Source of the DNA: Azolla caroliniana
Lineage: Eukaryota; Plantae; Polypodiophyta
Length of the DNA: 64,000 nt
NCBI GenBank assembly: GCA_043228905.1
Contig: JBHGNT010000010.1
Span: forward strand, 62,001-126,000
Reading direction: 5' to 3'
Shown: piece after piece, positions 50,901 to 64,000 of the stretch
Layout: each line of letters opens with the position of its first letter
How positions within the stretch are numbered: the first letter of the stretch is position 1
Made by a program: the position numbers and the translations under genes
Notes under the pieces: model-generated
Databases searched by the model: none
Told to the model about the DNA's origin: nothing
The model's input: the letters and a program-made list of their open reading frames with translations, nothing else

Positions 50901-53900
50901 CAACTCCCTCCTCAAATTTGGTAATTTCTTCATGTCTCTCGACCTGAGTTTCAAAATCTTGATTTTTTAATTCCATATCATAGGTAGCGTTGTTAGCTTC
51001 GATTCGCATGTTTGAACACAGAAATCCGGGATCACACGAGCCAGGTATGAACATTTTAATTTATTCGCGCGCTCTTCTCAACTCCCTCCTCAAATTTGGT
51101 AATTTCTCCATGTCTCTCGACCTGGGTTTCAAAATCTTGATTTTTTAATTCCATATCATAGGTAACGTTGTTAGCTTCGTATCACATGTTTGAACACAAA
51201 AATCCGATATCACATGGGCCAGATATGAACATTTTAATTTACTCTCCGGCTCTTCTGAACTCCCTCTTCTAACTTGCCAATTTCTTCATGTCTCTCGACC
51301 TGAGTTTCAAAATCTTGATTTTTTAATTCCATATCATAGGTAGCGTTGTTAGCTACGATTCGCATGTTTGAACACAGAAATCCGGAATCACACGAGCCAG
51401 GTATGAACATTTTAATTTATTCGCGCGCTCTTCTCAACTCCCTCCTCAAATTTGGTAATTTCTTCATGTCTCTCGCCCTGAGTTTCAAAATCTTGATTTT
51501 TTAATTCTATATCATAGCTAGCATTGTTAGCTTCTATTCGCATCTTTGAACACAAAAATCCGAGATCACACGAACTAGGTATGAACATTTTAATTTACTC
51601 GCGGGCTCTTCTCAACTCCTTCTTCTAACTTGCCAATTTCTTCTTGTCTCTCGACCTGAGTTTCAAAATCTTGATTTTTTAATTCCATATCATAACTAGT
51701 GTTGTTAGCTTCGATTCCAATGTTTAAACACTAAAATCTGGGATCACACAAGCCAGGTATGAACATTTTAATTTACTCACGCGCTCTTCTCAACTCCCTC
51801 GTCAAATTTGGTAATTTCTTCATGTTTCTCGACCTGAGTTTCAAAATCTTGATTTTTTAATTCTATATCATAGCTAGTGTTGTTAGCTTCGATTCGCATC
51901 TTTGAACACAAAAATCTGGTATCACACGAGCCAGATATGAAAATTTTAAATTAGTCACGGGCTCTTCTCAACTCCCTCCTCAAATTTGGTAATTTCTTCA
52001 TGTCTCTCGCCCTGAGTTTCAAAATCTTGATTTTTTAATTCCATATCTGAGGTAGCGTTGTTAGCTTCGAATCGCAAGTTTGAACACAAAAATCCGAGAT
52101 CACACGAGCCAGGTATGAACATTTTAATTTACTCCGGCGCTCTTCTCAACTCCCTCCTAAAATTTGGTAATTTCTCGATGTCTCTCGACCTGAGTTTCAA
52201 AATCTTGATTTCTTAATTCCATATCATAGGTAACGTTGTTAGCTTCGTATCACATGTTTGAACACAAAAATCCGATATCACATGGGCCAGCTATGAACAT
52301 TTTAATTTACTCTCCGGCTCTTCTCAACTCCCTCTTCTAACTTGCCAATTTCTTCATGTCTCTCGACCTGAGTTTCAAAATCTTGATTTTTTAATTCCAT
52401 ATCATAGGTAGCGTTGTTAGCTACGATTCGCATGTTTGAACACAGAAATCCGGGATCACACGAGCCAGGTATGAACATTTTAATTTATTCGCGCGCTCTT
52501 CTCAACGCCCTCCTCAAATTTGGTAATTTTTTGATGTCTCTCGACTTGAGTTTCAAAATCTCGATTTTTTAATTCGATATCATAGGTAGCATTGTTATCT
52601 TCAAATCGCATGTTTGAACAGAAAAATCCGGGATAACACGAGCCAGGTATGAACATTTTAATTTACTCACGCGCTCTTCTGAACTCCCTCTTCAAATTTG
52701 GTAATTTTTTCATGTCTCTCGACCTGAGTTTCAAAATCTCTATTTATCAATTCCATATCATAGGTAGCTTTGTTAGCTTCGAATCGCATGTTTGAATACG
52801 AAAATCCAATATCACATGGGCCAGGTATGAACATTTTAATTTACTCACGGGCTCCTCTCAACTCCCTCCTCAAATTTGGTAATTTCTTCATGTCTCTCGA
52901 CCTGAGTTTCAAAATCTTGATTCGCATATCTTCGGTAGCGTTGTTAGCTTCGATTCGCATGTTTGAACACAAAAATCCGGGATCACACGAGCCAGGTATG
53001 AACATTTTAATTTACTCACGGGCTCCTCTGAACTCCCTCCTCAAATTTGGTAATTTCTTCATGTCTCTCGACCTGAGTTTCAAAATCTTGAATTTTTAAT
53101 TCCATATCATAGGTAGCGTTGTTAGCTTCGAATCACATGTTTGAACACAAAAATCCGATATCACATGGGCCAGGTATGAACATTTTAATTTACTCACGGG
53201 CTCTTCTCGACTCCCTCTTCTAACTTGCCAATTTCTTCATGTCTCTCGACCTGAGTTTCAAAATCTTGATTTTTTAATTCCATATCATAGGTAGTGTTGT
53301 TAGCTTCGATTCGCATCTTTGAACACAAAAATCTGGTATCACACGAGCCAGGTATGAAAATTTTAAATTAGTCACGGGCTCTTCTCAACTCCCTCCTCAA
53401 ATTTGGTAATTTGTTCATGTCTCTCGCCCTCAGTTTCAAAATCTTGATTTTTTAATTCCATATCTTATGTAGCGTTGTTAGCTTCGAATCGCAAGTTTGA
53501 ACACAAAAATCCGAGATCACACGAGCCAGGTAGGAACATTTTAATTTACTCTCCGGCTCTTCTCAACTCCCTCTTCTAACTTGCCAATTTCATCATGTCT
53601 CTCGACCTGAGTTTCAAAATCTTGCTTTTTTAATTCCATATCATAGGTAGCGTTGCTAGCTTCGATTCGTATGTTTGAACACAGAAATCCGGGATCACAC
53701 GAGCCAGGTATGAACATTTTAATTTACTCACGCGCTCTTCTCAACTCCCTCGTCAAATTTGGTAATTTCTTCATGTTTCTCGACCTGAGTTTCAAAATCT
53801 TGATTTTTTAATTCTATATCATAGCTAGTGTTGTTAGCTTCGATTCGCATCTTTGAACACAAAAATCTGGTATCACACGAGCCAGATATGAAAATTTTAA

Positions 53901-56900
53901 ATTAGTCACGGGCTCTTCTCAACTCCCTCCTCAAATTTGGTAATTTCTTCATGTCTCTCGCCCTGAGTTTCAAAATCTTGATTTTTTAATTCCATATCTG
54001 AGGTAGCGTTGTTAGCTTCGAATCGCAAGTTTGAACACAAAAATCCGAGATCACACGAGCCAGGTATGAACATTTTTATTTACTCAGGCGCTCTTCTCAA
54101 CTCCCTCCTAAAATTTGGTAATTTCTCGATGTCTCTCGACCTGAGTTTCAAAATCTTGATTTCTTAATTCCATATCATAGGTAACGTTGTTAGCTTCGTA
54201 TCACATGTTTGAACACAAAAATCCGATATCACATGGGCCAGCTATGAACATTTTAATTTACTCTCCGGCTCTTCTCAACTCCCTCTTCTAACTTGCCAAT
54301 TTCTTCATGTCTCTCGACCTGAGTTTCAAAATCTTGATTTTTTAATTCCATATCATAGGTAGCGTTGTTAGCTACGATTCGCATGTTTGAACACAGAAAT
54401 CCGGGATCACACGAGCCAGGTATGAACATTTTAATTTATTCGCGCGCTCTTCTCAACGCCCTCCTCAAATTTGGTAATTTTTTGATGTCTCTCGACTTGA
54501 GTTTCAAAATCTCGATTTTTTAATTCGATATCATAGGTAGCATTGTTATCTTCAAATCGCATGTTTGAACAGAAAAATCCGGGATAACACGAGCCAGGTA
54601 TGAACATTTTAATTTACTCACGCGCTCTTTTAAACTCCCTCTTCAAATTTGGTAATTTTTTCATGTCTCTCGACCTGAGTTTCAAAATCTCTATTTATTA
54701 ATTCCATATCATAGGTAGCTTTGTTAGCTTCGAATCCATGTTTGAATACGAAAATCCAATATCACATGGGCCAGGTATGAACATTTTAATTTACTCACGG
54801 GCTCCTCTCAACTCCCTCCTCAAATTTGGTAATTTCTTCATGTCTCTCGACCTGAGTTTCAAAATCTTGATTTTTTAATTCCATATCTTCGGTAGCGTTG
54901 TTAGCTTCGATTCGCATGTTTGAACACAAAAATCCGGGATCACACGAGCCAGGTATGAACATTTTAATTTACTCACGGGCTCCTCTCAACTCCCTCCTCA
55001 AATTTGGTAATTTCTTCATGTCTCTCGACCTGAGTTTCAAAATCTTGAATTTTTAATTCCATATCATAGGTAGCGTTGTTAGCTTCGAATCACATGTTTG
55101 AACACAAAAATCCGATATCACATGGGCCAGGTATGAACATTTTAATTTACTCACGGGCTCTTCTCGACTCCCTATTCTAACTTGCCAATTTCTTCATGTC
55201 TCTTGACCTAAGTTTCAAAATCTTGATTTTTTAATTCCATATCATAGGTAGTGTTGTTAGCTTCGATTAGCATCTTTGAACACAAAAATCTGGTATCACA
55301 CGAGCCAGGTATGAAAATTTTAAATTAGTCACGGGCTCTTCTCAACTCCCTCCTCAAATTTGGTAATTTGTTCATGTCTCTCGCCCTGAGTTTCAAAATC
55401 TTCATTTTTTAATTCCATATCATAGGTAGCGTTGTTAGCTTCGAATCGCATGTTTGAACACAAAAATCCGGGATCACACGAGGCAGGTATGAACATTTTA
55501 ATTTACTCACGGGCTCCTCTCAACTCCCTCCTCAAATATGGTAATTTCTTCATGTCTCTCGACCTGAGTTTCAATATCCTGATTTTTTAATTCCATATTC
55601 TAGGTAGCGTTGTTAGCTTCGAATCGCAAGTTTGAACACAAAAATCCGAGATCACACGAGCCAGGTATGAACATTTTAATTTACTCATGCGCTCTTCTCA
55701 ACTCCCTCCTAAAATGTGGTAATTTCTTCATGTCTCTCGACCTGAGTTTCAAAATCTTGATTTTTTAATTCCATATCATAGGTAGCGTTGTTAGCTTCGT
55801 ATCACATGTTTGAACACAAAAATCCGATATCACATGGGCCAGGTATGAACATTTTAATTTACTCACGGGCTCTTCTCAACTCCCTCTTCTAACTTGCCAA
55901 TTTCTTCATGTCTCTCGACCTGAGTTTCAAAATCGCAATTTTTTAATTTCATATCATAGGGAGCGTTGTTAGCTTCGATTCGTATGTTTGAACACAGAAA
56001 TCCGATATCACACGAGCCAGGTATGAACATTTTAATTTACTCATGCGCTCTTCTCAACTCCCTGCTCAAATTTGGTAATTTCTTCATGTCTCTTGACTTG
56101 AGTTTCAAAATCTCGAAAATCCGGGATCACACGAGCCAGGTATGAACATTTTAGTTTACTCACGGGCTCCTCTCAACTCCTTCTTCTAACTTGCCAATTT
56201 CTTCCTGTCTCTCGACGTGAGTTTCAAAATCTCGATTTCTTAATTCAATATTATAGGTAGCGTTGTTAGCTTCAATTCGCATCTTTGAACACTAAAATCC
56301 GATATCACACGAGCCAGGTATGAACATTGTAATTTAGTCACGCGCTCTTCTCAACTCCCTCCTCATATTTGGTAATTTCTGCATGTTTGTCGACCTGTGT
56401 TTCAAAATCTCAAATTTTTAAGTCCATATTATAGGTAGCTTTGTTACCTTCGATTCGCATCTTTGAACACTAAAATCCGATATCACACGGGCCAGGTATG
56501 AACATTTTAATTTACTCACGGGCTCTTCTCAACTCCCTCTTCTAACTTGCCAATTTCTTCATGTCTCTCGACCTGAGTTTCAAAATCTTGATTTTTTTAT
56601 TCTATATCATAGCTAGTGTTGTTAGCTTCGATTTGCATCTTTGAACACAAAAATCCGGGATCACACGAGCCAGGCATGAACATTTTAATTTACTCACGTG
56701 CTCTTCTCAACTCCCTCTTCAAATTTGGTAATTTCTTCATGTTTCTCGACCTGAGTTTCAAAATCTTGCTTTTTTAATTCCATATCATAGGTAGCGTTGT
56801 TATCTTCGAATGGCATGTTTGAACACAAAAATCCAATATCACATGGGCCAGGTATGAACATTTTAATTTACTCTCGGGCTCTTCTCAACTCCCTCCTCAA

Positions 56901-59900
56901 ATTTGGTAATTTCTTCATGTTTCTCGACATGAGTTTCAAACGCTGGATTTTTTGATTCTATATCATAGCTCGTGTTGTTAGCTTCGATTTGCATGTTTTA
57001 ACACAAAAATCCGGGATCACACGAGGCAGATATGAACATTTTAATTTACTCATGTGCTCTTCTCAACTCCCTCTTCAAATTTGGTAATTTCTTCATGTCT
57101 CTCGACCTGAGTTTCAAAATCTTGATTTATTACTTCCCTATCATAGCTAGTGTTGTTATCTTCGATTCACATGTTTAAACACTAAAATCTGGGATCACAC
57201 GAGCCAGGTATGAACATTTTAATTTACTCACGCGCTCTTCTCAACGCCCTGGTCAAATTTGGTAATTTCTTCATGTTTCTCGACCTGAGTTTCAAAATGT
57301 TGATTTTTTAATTCTATATCATAGCTAGTGTTGTTAGCTTCGATTCGCATCTTTGAACACAAAAATCTGGTATCACATGAGCCAGGTATGAAAATGTTAA
57401 ATTAGTCACGGGCTCTTCTCAACTCCCTCCTCAAATTTGGTAATTTCTTCATGTCTCTCGCCCTGAGTTTCAAAATCTTGATTTTTGAATTCCATATCTG
57501 AGGTAGCGTTGTTAGCTTCGAATCGCAAGTTTGAACACAAAAATCCGAGATCACACGAGCCAGGTATGAACATTTTAATTTACTCAGGCGCTCTTCTCAA
57601 CTCCCTCCTAAAATTTGGTAATTTCTCCATGTCTCTCGACCTGGGTTTCAAAATCTTAATTTTTTAATTCCATATCATAGGTAACGTTGTTAGCTTCGTA
57701 TCACATGTTTGAACACAAAAATCCGATATCACATGGGCCAGCTATGAACATTTTAATTTACTCTCCGGCTCTTCTGAACTCCCTCTTCTAACTTGCCAAT
57801 TTCTTCATGTCTCTCGACCTGAGTTTCAAAATCTTGATTTTTTAATTCCATATCATAGGTAGCGTTGTTAGCTTCGATTCGCATGTTTGAACACAGAAAT
57901 CCGGGATCACACGAGCCAGGTATGAACATTTTAATTTATTCGCGCGCTCTTCTCAACTCCCTCCTCAAATTTGGTAATTTCTTCATGTCTCTCGCCCTGA
58001 GTTTCAAAATCTTGATTTTTTAATTCTATATCATAGCTAGCATTGTTAGCTTCTATTCCCATCTTTGAACACAAAAATCCGAGATCACACGAGCTAGGTA
58101 TGAGCATTTTAATTTACTCGCGGGCTCTTCTCAACTCCTTCTTCTAACTTGCCAATTTCTTCTTGTCTCTCGACCTGAGTTTCAAAATCTTGATTTTTTG
58201 ATTCCATATCATAGCTAGCGTTGTTAGCTTCGATTCGCATCTTTGAACACTAAAATCCTAGATCGCATGGGCCAGGTATGAACATTTTAATTTACTCACG
58301 GGCTCTTCTCAACTCCCTCTTCTAACTCGCCAATTTGTTCATGTCTCTCGACCTGAGTTTCAAAATCTTGATTTTTTAATTCCATATCATAGGTAGCGTT
58401 GTTAGCTTCGAATCGCATGTTTGAACACAAAAATCCGATATCACATGGGCCAGGTATGAACATTTTAATTTAGTCACGGGCTCTTCTCAACTCCCTCTTC
58501 TAACTTCCCAATTTCTTCATGTCTCTCGACCTGAGTTTCAAAATCTTGATTTTTTAATTCGATATCATAACTAGTGTTGTTAGCTTCGATTCCAATGTTT
58601 AAACACTAAAATCCGGGATCACACGAGCCAGGTATGAACATTTTAATTTACTCACGCGCTCTTCTCAACTCCCTCGTCAAATTTGGTAATTTCTTCATGT
58701 TTCTCGACCTGAGTTTCAAAATCTTGATTTTTTAATTCTATATCATAGCTAGTGTTGTTAGCTTCGATTCGCATCTTTGAACACAAAAATCTGGTATCAC
58801 ACGAGCCAGATATAAAAATTTTAAATTAGTCACTGGCTCTTCTCAACTCCCTCCTCAAATTTGGTAATTTCTTCATGTCTCTCGCCCTGAGTTTCAAAAT
58901 CTTGATTTTTTAATTCCATATCTGAGGTAGCGTTGTTAGCTTCGAATCGCAAGTTTGAACATAAAAATCCGAGATCACACGAGCTAGGTATGAACATTTT
59001 AATTTACTCAGGCGCTCTTCTCAACTCCCTCCTAAAATTTGGTAATTTCTCCATGTCTCTCGACCTGGGTTTCAAAATCTTGATTTCTTAATTCCATATC
59101 ATAGGTAACGTTGTTAGCTTCGTATCACATGTTTGAACACAAAAATCCGATATCACATGGGCCAGCTATGAACATTTTAATTTACTCTCCGGCTCTTCTG
59201 AACTCCCTCTTCTAACTTGCCAATTTCTTCATGTCTCTCGACCTGAGTTTCAAAATCTTAATTTTTTAATTCCATATCATAGGTAGCGTTGTTACTTCGA
59301 TTTGTATGTTTGAACACAGAAATCCGATATCACACGAGCCAGGTATGAACATTTTAATTTACTCATGCGCTCTTCTCAACTCCCTGCTCAAATTTGGTAA
59401 TTTCTTCATGTCTCTTGACTTGAGTTTCAAAATCTCGAAAATCCGGGATCACACGAGCCAGGTATGAACATTTTAGTTTACTCACGGGCTCCTCTCAACT
59501 CCTTCTTCTAACTTGCCAATTTCTTCCTGTCTCTCGACCTGAGTTTCAAAATCTCGATTTCTTAATTCAATATTATAGGTAGCGTTGTTAGCTTCGATTC
59601 GCATCTTTGAACACTAAAATCCGATATCACACGAGCCAGGTATGAACATTGTAATTTAGTCACGCGCTCTTCTCAACTCCCTCCTCATATTTGGTAATTT
59701 CTGCATGTTTGTCGACCTGAGTTTCAAAATCTCAAATTTTTAAGTCCATATTATAGGTAGCTTTGTTACCTTCGATTCGCATCTTTGAACACTAAAATAC
59801 GATATCACACGGGCCAGGTATGAACATTTTAATTTACTCACGGGCTCTTCTCAACTCCCTCTTCTAACTTGCCAATTTCTTCATGTCTCTCGACCTGAGT

Positions 59901-62900
59901 TTCAAAATCTTGATTTTTTTATTCTATATCATAGCTAGTGTTGTTAGCTTCGATTTGCATCTTTGAACACAAAAATCCGGGATCACACGAGCCAGGCATG
60001 AACATTTTAATTTACTCACGTGCTCTTCTCAACTCCCTCTTCAAATTTGGTAATTTCTTCATGTTTCTCGACCTGAGTTTCAAAATCTTGGTTTTTTAAT
60101 TCCATATCATAGGTAGCGTTGTTATCTTCGAATGGCATGTTTGAACACAAAAATCCAATATCACATGGGCCAGGTATGAACATTTTAATTTACTCTCGGG
60201 CTCTTCTCAACTCCCTCCTCAAATTTGGTAATTTCTTCATGTTTCTCGACATGAGTTTCAAACGCTGGATTTTTTGATTCTATATCATAGCTCGTGTTGT
60301 TAGCTTCGATTTGCATGTTTTAACACAAAAATCCGGGATCACACGAGGCAGATATGAACATTTTAATTTACTCATGTGCTCTTCTCAACTCCCTCTTCAA
60401 ATTTGGTAATTTCTTCATGTCTCTCGACCTGAGTTTCAAAATCTTGATTTATTACTTCCCTATCATAGCTAGTGTTGTTAGCTTCGATTCACATGTTTAA
60501 ACACTAAAATCTGGGATCACACGAGCCAGGTATGAACATTTTAATTTACTCACGCGCTCTTCTCAACGCCCTGGTCAAATTTGGTAATTTCTTCATGTTT
60601 CTCGACCTGAGTTTCAAAATGTTGATTTTTTAATTCTATATCATAGCTAGTGTTGTTAGCTTCGATTCGCATCTTTGAACACAAAAATCTGGTATCACAC
60701 GAGCCAGGTATGAAAATGTTAAATTAGTCACGGGCTCTTCTCAACTCCCTCCTCAAATTTGGTAATTTCTTCATGTCTCTCGCCCTGAGTTTCAAAATCT
60801 TGATTTTTGAATTCCATATCTGAGGTAGCATTGTTAGCTTCGAATCGCAAGTTTGAACACAAAAATCCGAGATCACACGAGCCAGGTATGAACATTTTAA
60901 TTTACTCAGGCGCTCTTCTCAACTCCCTCCTAAAATTTGGTAGTTTCTCCATGTCTCTCGACCTGGGTTTCAAAATCTTAATTTTTTAATTCCATATCAT
61001 AGGTAACGTTGTTAGCTTCGTATCACATGTTTGAACACAAAAATCCGATATCACATGGGCCAGCTATGAACATTTTAATTTACTCTCCGGCTCTTCTGAA
61101 CTCCCTCTTCTAACTTGCCAATTTCTTCATGTCTCTCGACCTGAGTTTCAAAATCTTGATTTTTTAATTCCATATCATAGGTAGCGTTGTTAGCTTCGAT
61201 TCGCATGTTTGAACACAGAAATCCGGGATCACACGAGCCAGGTATGAACATTTTAATTTATTCGCGCGCTCTTCTCAACTCCCTCCTCAAATTTGGTAAT
61301 TTCTTCATGTCTCTCGCCCTGAGTTTCAAAATCTTGATTTTTTAATTCTATATCATAGCTAGCATTGTTAGCTTCTATTCGCATCTTTGAACACAAAAAT
61401 CCGAGATCACACGAGCTAGGTATGAGCATTTTAATTTACTCGCGGGCTCTTCTCAACTCCGTCTTCTAACTTGCCAATTTCTTCTTGTCTCTCGACCTGA
61501 GTTTCAAAATCTTGATTTTTTGAGTCCATACCATAGCTAGCGTTGTTAGCTTCGATTCGCATCTTTGAACACTAAAATCCTAGATCGCATGGGCCAGGTA
61601 TGAACATTTTAATTTACTCACGGGCTCTTCTCAACTCCCTCTTCTAACTCGCCAATTTGTTTATGTCTCTCGACCTGAGTTTCAAAATCTTGATTTTTTA
61701 ATTCCATATCATAGGTAGCGTTGTTAGCTTCGAATCGCATATTTGAACACAAAAATCCGATATCACATGGGCCAGGTATGAACATTTTAATTTAGTCACG
61801 GGCTCTTCTCAACTCCCTCTTCTAACTTCCCAATTTCTTCATGTCTCTCGACCTGAGTTTCAAAATCTTGATTTTTTAATTCCATATCATAACTAGTGTT
61901 GTTAGCTTCGATTCCAATGTTTAAACACTAAAATCCGGGATCACACGAGCCAGGTATGAACATTTTAATTTACTCACGCGCTCTTCTCAACTCCCTCGTC
62001 AAATTTGGTAATTTCTTCATGTTTCTCGACCTGAGTTTCAAAATCTTGATTTTTTAATTCTATATCATAGCTAGTGTTGTTAGCTTCGATTCGCATCTTT
62101 GAACACAAAAAGCTGGTATCACACGAGCCAGATATGAAAATTTTAAATTAGTCACGGGCTCTTCTCAACTCCCTCCTCAAATTTGGTAATTTCTTCATGT
62201 CTCTCGCCCTGAGTTTCAAAATCGAGATTTTTTAATTCCATATCTGAGGTAGCGTTGTTAGCTTCGAATCGCAAGTTTGAACACAAAAATCCGAGATCAC
62301 ACGAGCCAGGTATGAACATTTTAATTTACTCAGGCGCTCTTCTCAACTCCCTCCTAAAATTTGGTAATTTCTCGATGTCTCTCGACCTGAGTTTCAAAAT
62401 CTTGATTTCTTAATTCCATATCATAGGTAACGTTGTTAGCTTCGTATCACATGTTTGAACACAAAAATCCGATATCACATGGGCCAGCTATGAACATTTT
62501 AATTTACTCTCCGGCTCTTCTCAACTCCCTCTTCTAACTTGCCAATTTCTTCATGTCTCTCGACCTGAGTTTCAAAATCTTGATTTTTTAATTCCATATC
62601 ATAGGTAGCATTGTTAGCTACGATTCGCATGTTTGAACACAGAAATCCGGGATCACACGAGCCAGGTATCAACATTTTAATTTATTCGCGCGCTCTTCTC
62701 AACGCCCTCCTCAAATTTGGTAATTTTTTGATGTCTCTCGACTTGAGTTTCAAAATCTCGATTTTTTAATTCGATATCATAGGTAGCATTGTTATCTTCA
62801 AATCGCATGTTTGAACAGAAAAATCCGGGATAACACGAGCCAGGTATGAACATTTTAATTTACTCACGCGCTCTTCTGAACTCCCTCTTCAAATTTGGTA

Positions 62901-64000
62901 ATTTCTTCATGTCTCTCGACCTGAGTTTCAAAATCTAGGTTTTTTAATTCCATTTTATAGGTAGCATTGGTAGCTTCGATTCGCATCTTTGAACACTAAA
63001 ATCCGATATCACATGGGCCAGGTATGAACATTTTAATTTACTCACGGGCTCTTCTCAACTTTCTCTTCAAATTCGTAATTTCTTCCTGTCTCTCGACCTA
63101 AGTTTCAAAATCTCTATTTCTTAATTCCATATTATAGGTAGCGTTGTTAGCTTCGATTCGCATATTTGAACACAGAAATCCGGGATCACACGAGCCAGGT
63201 ATGAACATTTTAATTTCTTCATGTCTCTCGACCTGAGTTTCAAAATCTTGATTTTTTAATTCGATATTATAGCTAGTCTTGTTAGCTTCGATTCGCATGT
63301 TTTAACACAAAAATCAGGGATCACACGAGCCAAGTATGAACATTTTAATTTACTCACGCGCTCTTCTCAACTCCCTTTTCAAATTTGGTAATTTCTTCAT
63401 GTCTGTGGACCTGAATATCAAAATCTCAATTTTTTAATTCTATATTATAGGTATCGTTGTTAGCTTCGATTCGCATCTTTGAACACAAAAATCTGGTATC
63501 ACACGAGCCAGGTATGAAAATTTTAATTTACTCACGGGCTCTTCTCAACTCCCTCTTCAAATTTGGTAATTTCTTCATGTCTCTCGACCTGCGTTTCAAA
63601 ATCTTGATTTTTTAATTCCATATCATAGGTAGCGTTGTTAGCTTCGAATCGCATGTTTGAACACAAAAATCCGATATCACATGGGCCAGGTATGAACATT
63701 TTAATTTACTCACGGGCTCTTCTCAACTCCCTCCTCAAATTTGGTAATTTCTTCATGTCTCTCGACCTGAGTTTCAAAATCTTGATTTTTTAATTCTATA
63801 ACATAGGTAGCGTTGTTAGCTTCGAATCGCATGTTTGAACACAAAAATCCGGGAGCACACGAGCCAGGTATGAACATTTTAATTTACTCACGGGCTCCTC
63901 TCAACTCCCTCCTCAAATTTGGTAATTTCTTCATGTCTCTCGACCTGAGTTTCAAAATCTTGATTTTTTAATTCCATATTCTAGGTAGCGTTGTTAGCTT
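44977..64000 (+). repeat. 178-bp satellite array, segment 3, including a 3322-bp (~19-mer) HOR
   Basis: Same orientation and period. The 59-bp-deletion monomer (AAAATCTCG|AAAATCCG) recurs at 49239, 56114 and 59436, and duplicate ORFs at 57485 and 60807 are 3322 bp apart. Confidence 0.96.

Noticed and set aside
11906-63298. Many 60-109 aa ORFs in the satellite (MSKLKCSYLARV..., MLASICMFEHK...)
   Set aside because: Chance open frames in monomer variants, mostly from non-ATG starts and with no recognisable domain. They were useful only as HOR markers.
1-64000. CRISPR array or prokaryotic system
   Set aside because: Repeats are contiguous 178-mers with no unique spacers and no cas genes, and the context is eukaryotic.

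Overview
Eukaryotic, most likely land-plant, centromeric or pericentromeric DNA. About 90% of the window is a head-to-tail array of a 178-bp AT-rich satellite (about 325 monomers, all in one orientation), with sequence subfamily domains and higher-order repeats (HORs). It contains no host genes, and the short ORFs within the satellite are spurious. Two insertions interrupt the array. (1) An intact, very young Ty1/copia LTR retrotransposon of Tto1/Tnt1 (Tork) type at 5178-10536, with 623-bp LTRs differing at one visible base, a GTATG target-site duplication, a tRNA-iMet PBS, a PPT and one 1357-aa gag-pol ORF. (2) A 607-bp non-coding fold-back element at 44370-44976. Each of its ~245-bp inverted arms carries a minimal type I hammerhead ribozyme core (CUGAUGA-GCUC-auaua-GAGC-GAAA-CAUG-UU, palindromic stem III). 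On the minus strand the ribozyme is complete and lies just downstream of a TATATAAG box. This architecture resembles the pseudo-LTR of Penelope-like retroelements with a 5' inversion, rather than plant retrozymes, and is the most unusual feature. Both insertions fall within 4 bp of each other in monomer phase. The array also preserves a 1384-bp block bounded by two copies of the same junction scar, which suggests re-insertion of a satellite circle. All comparisons were made by eye and no database searches were possible.
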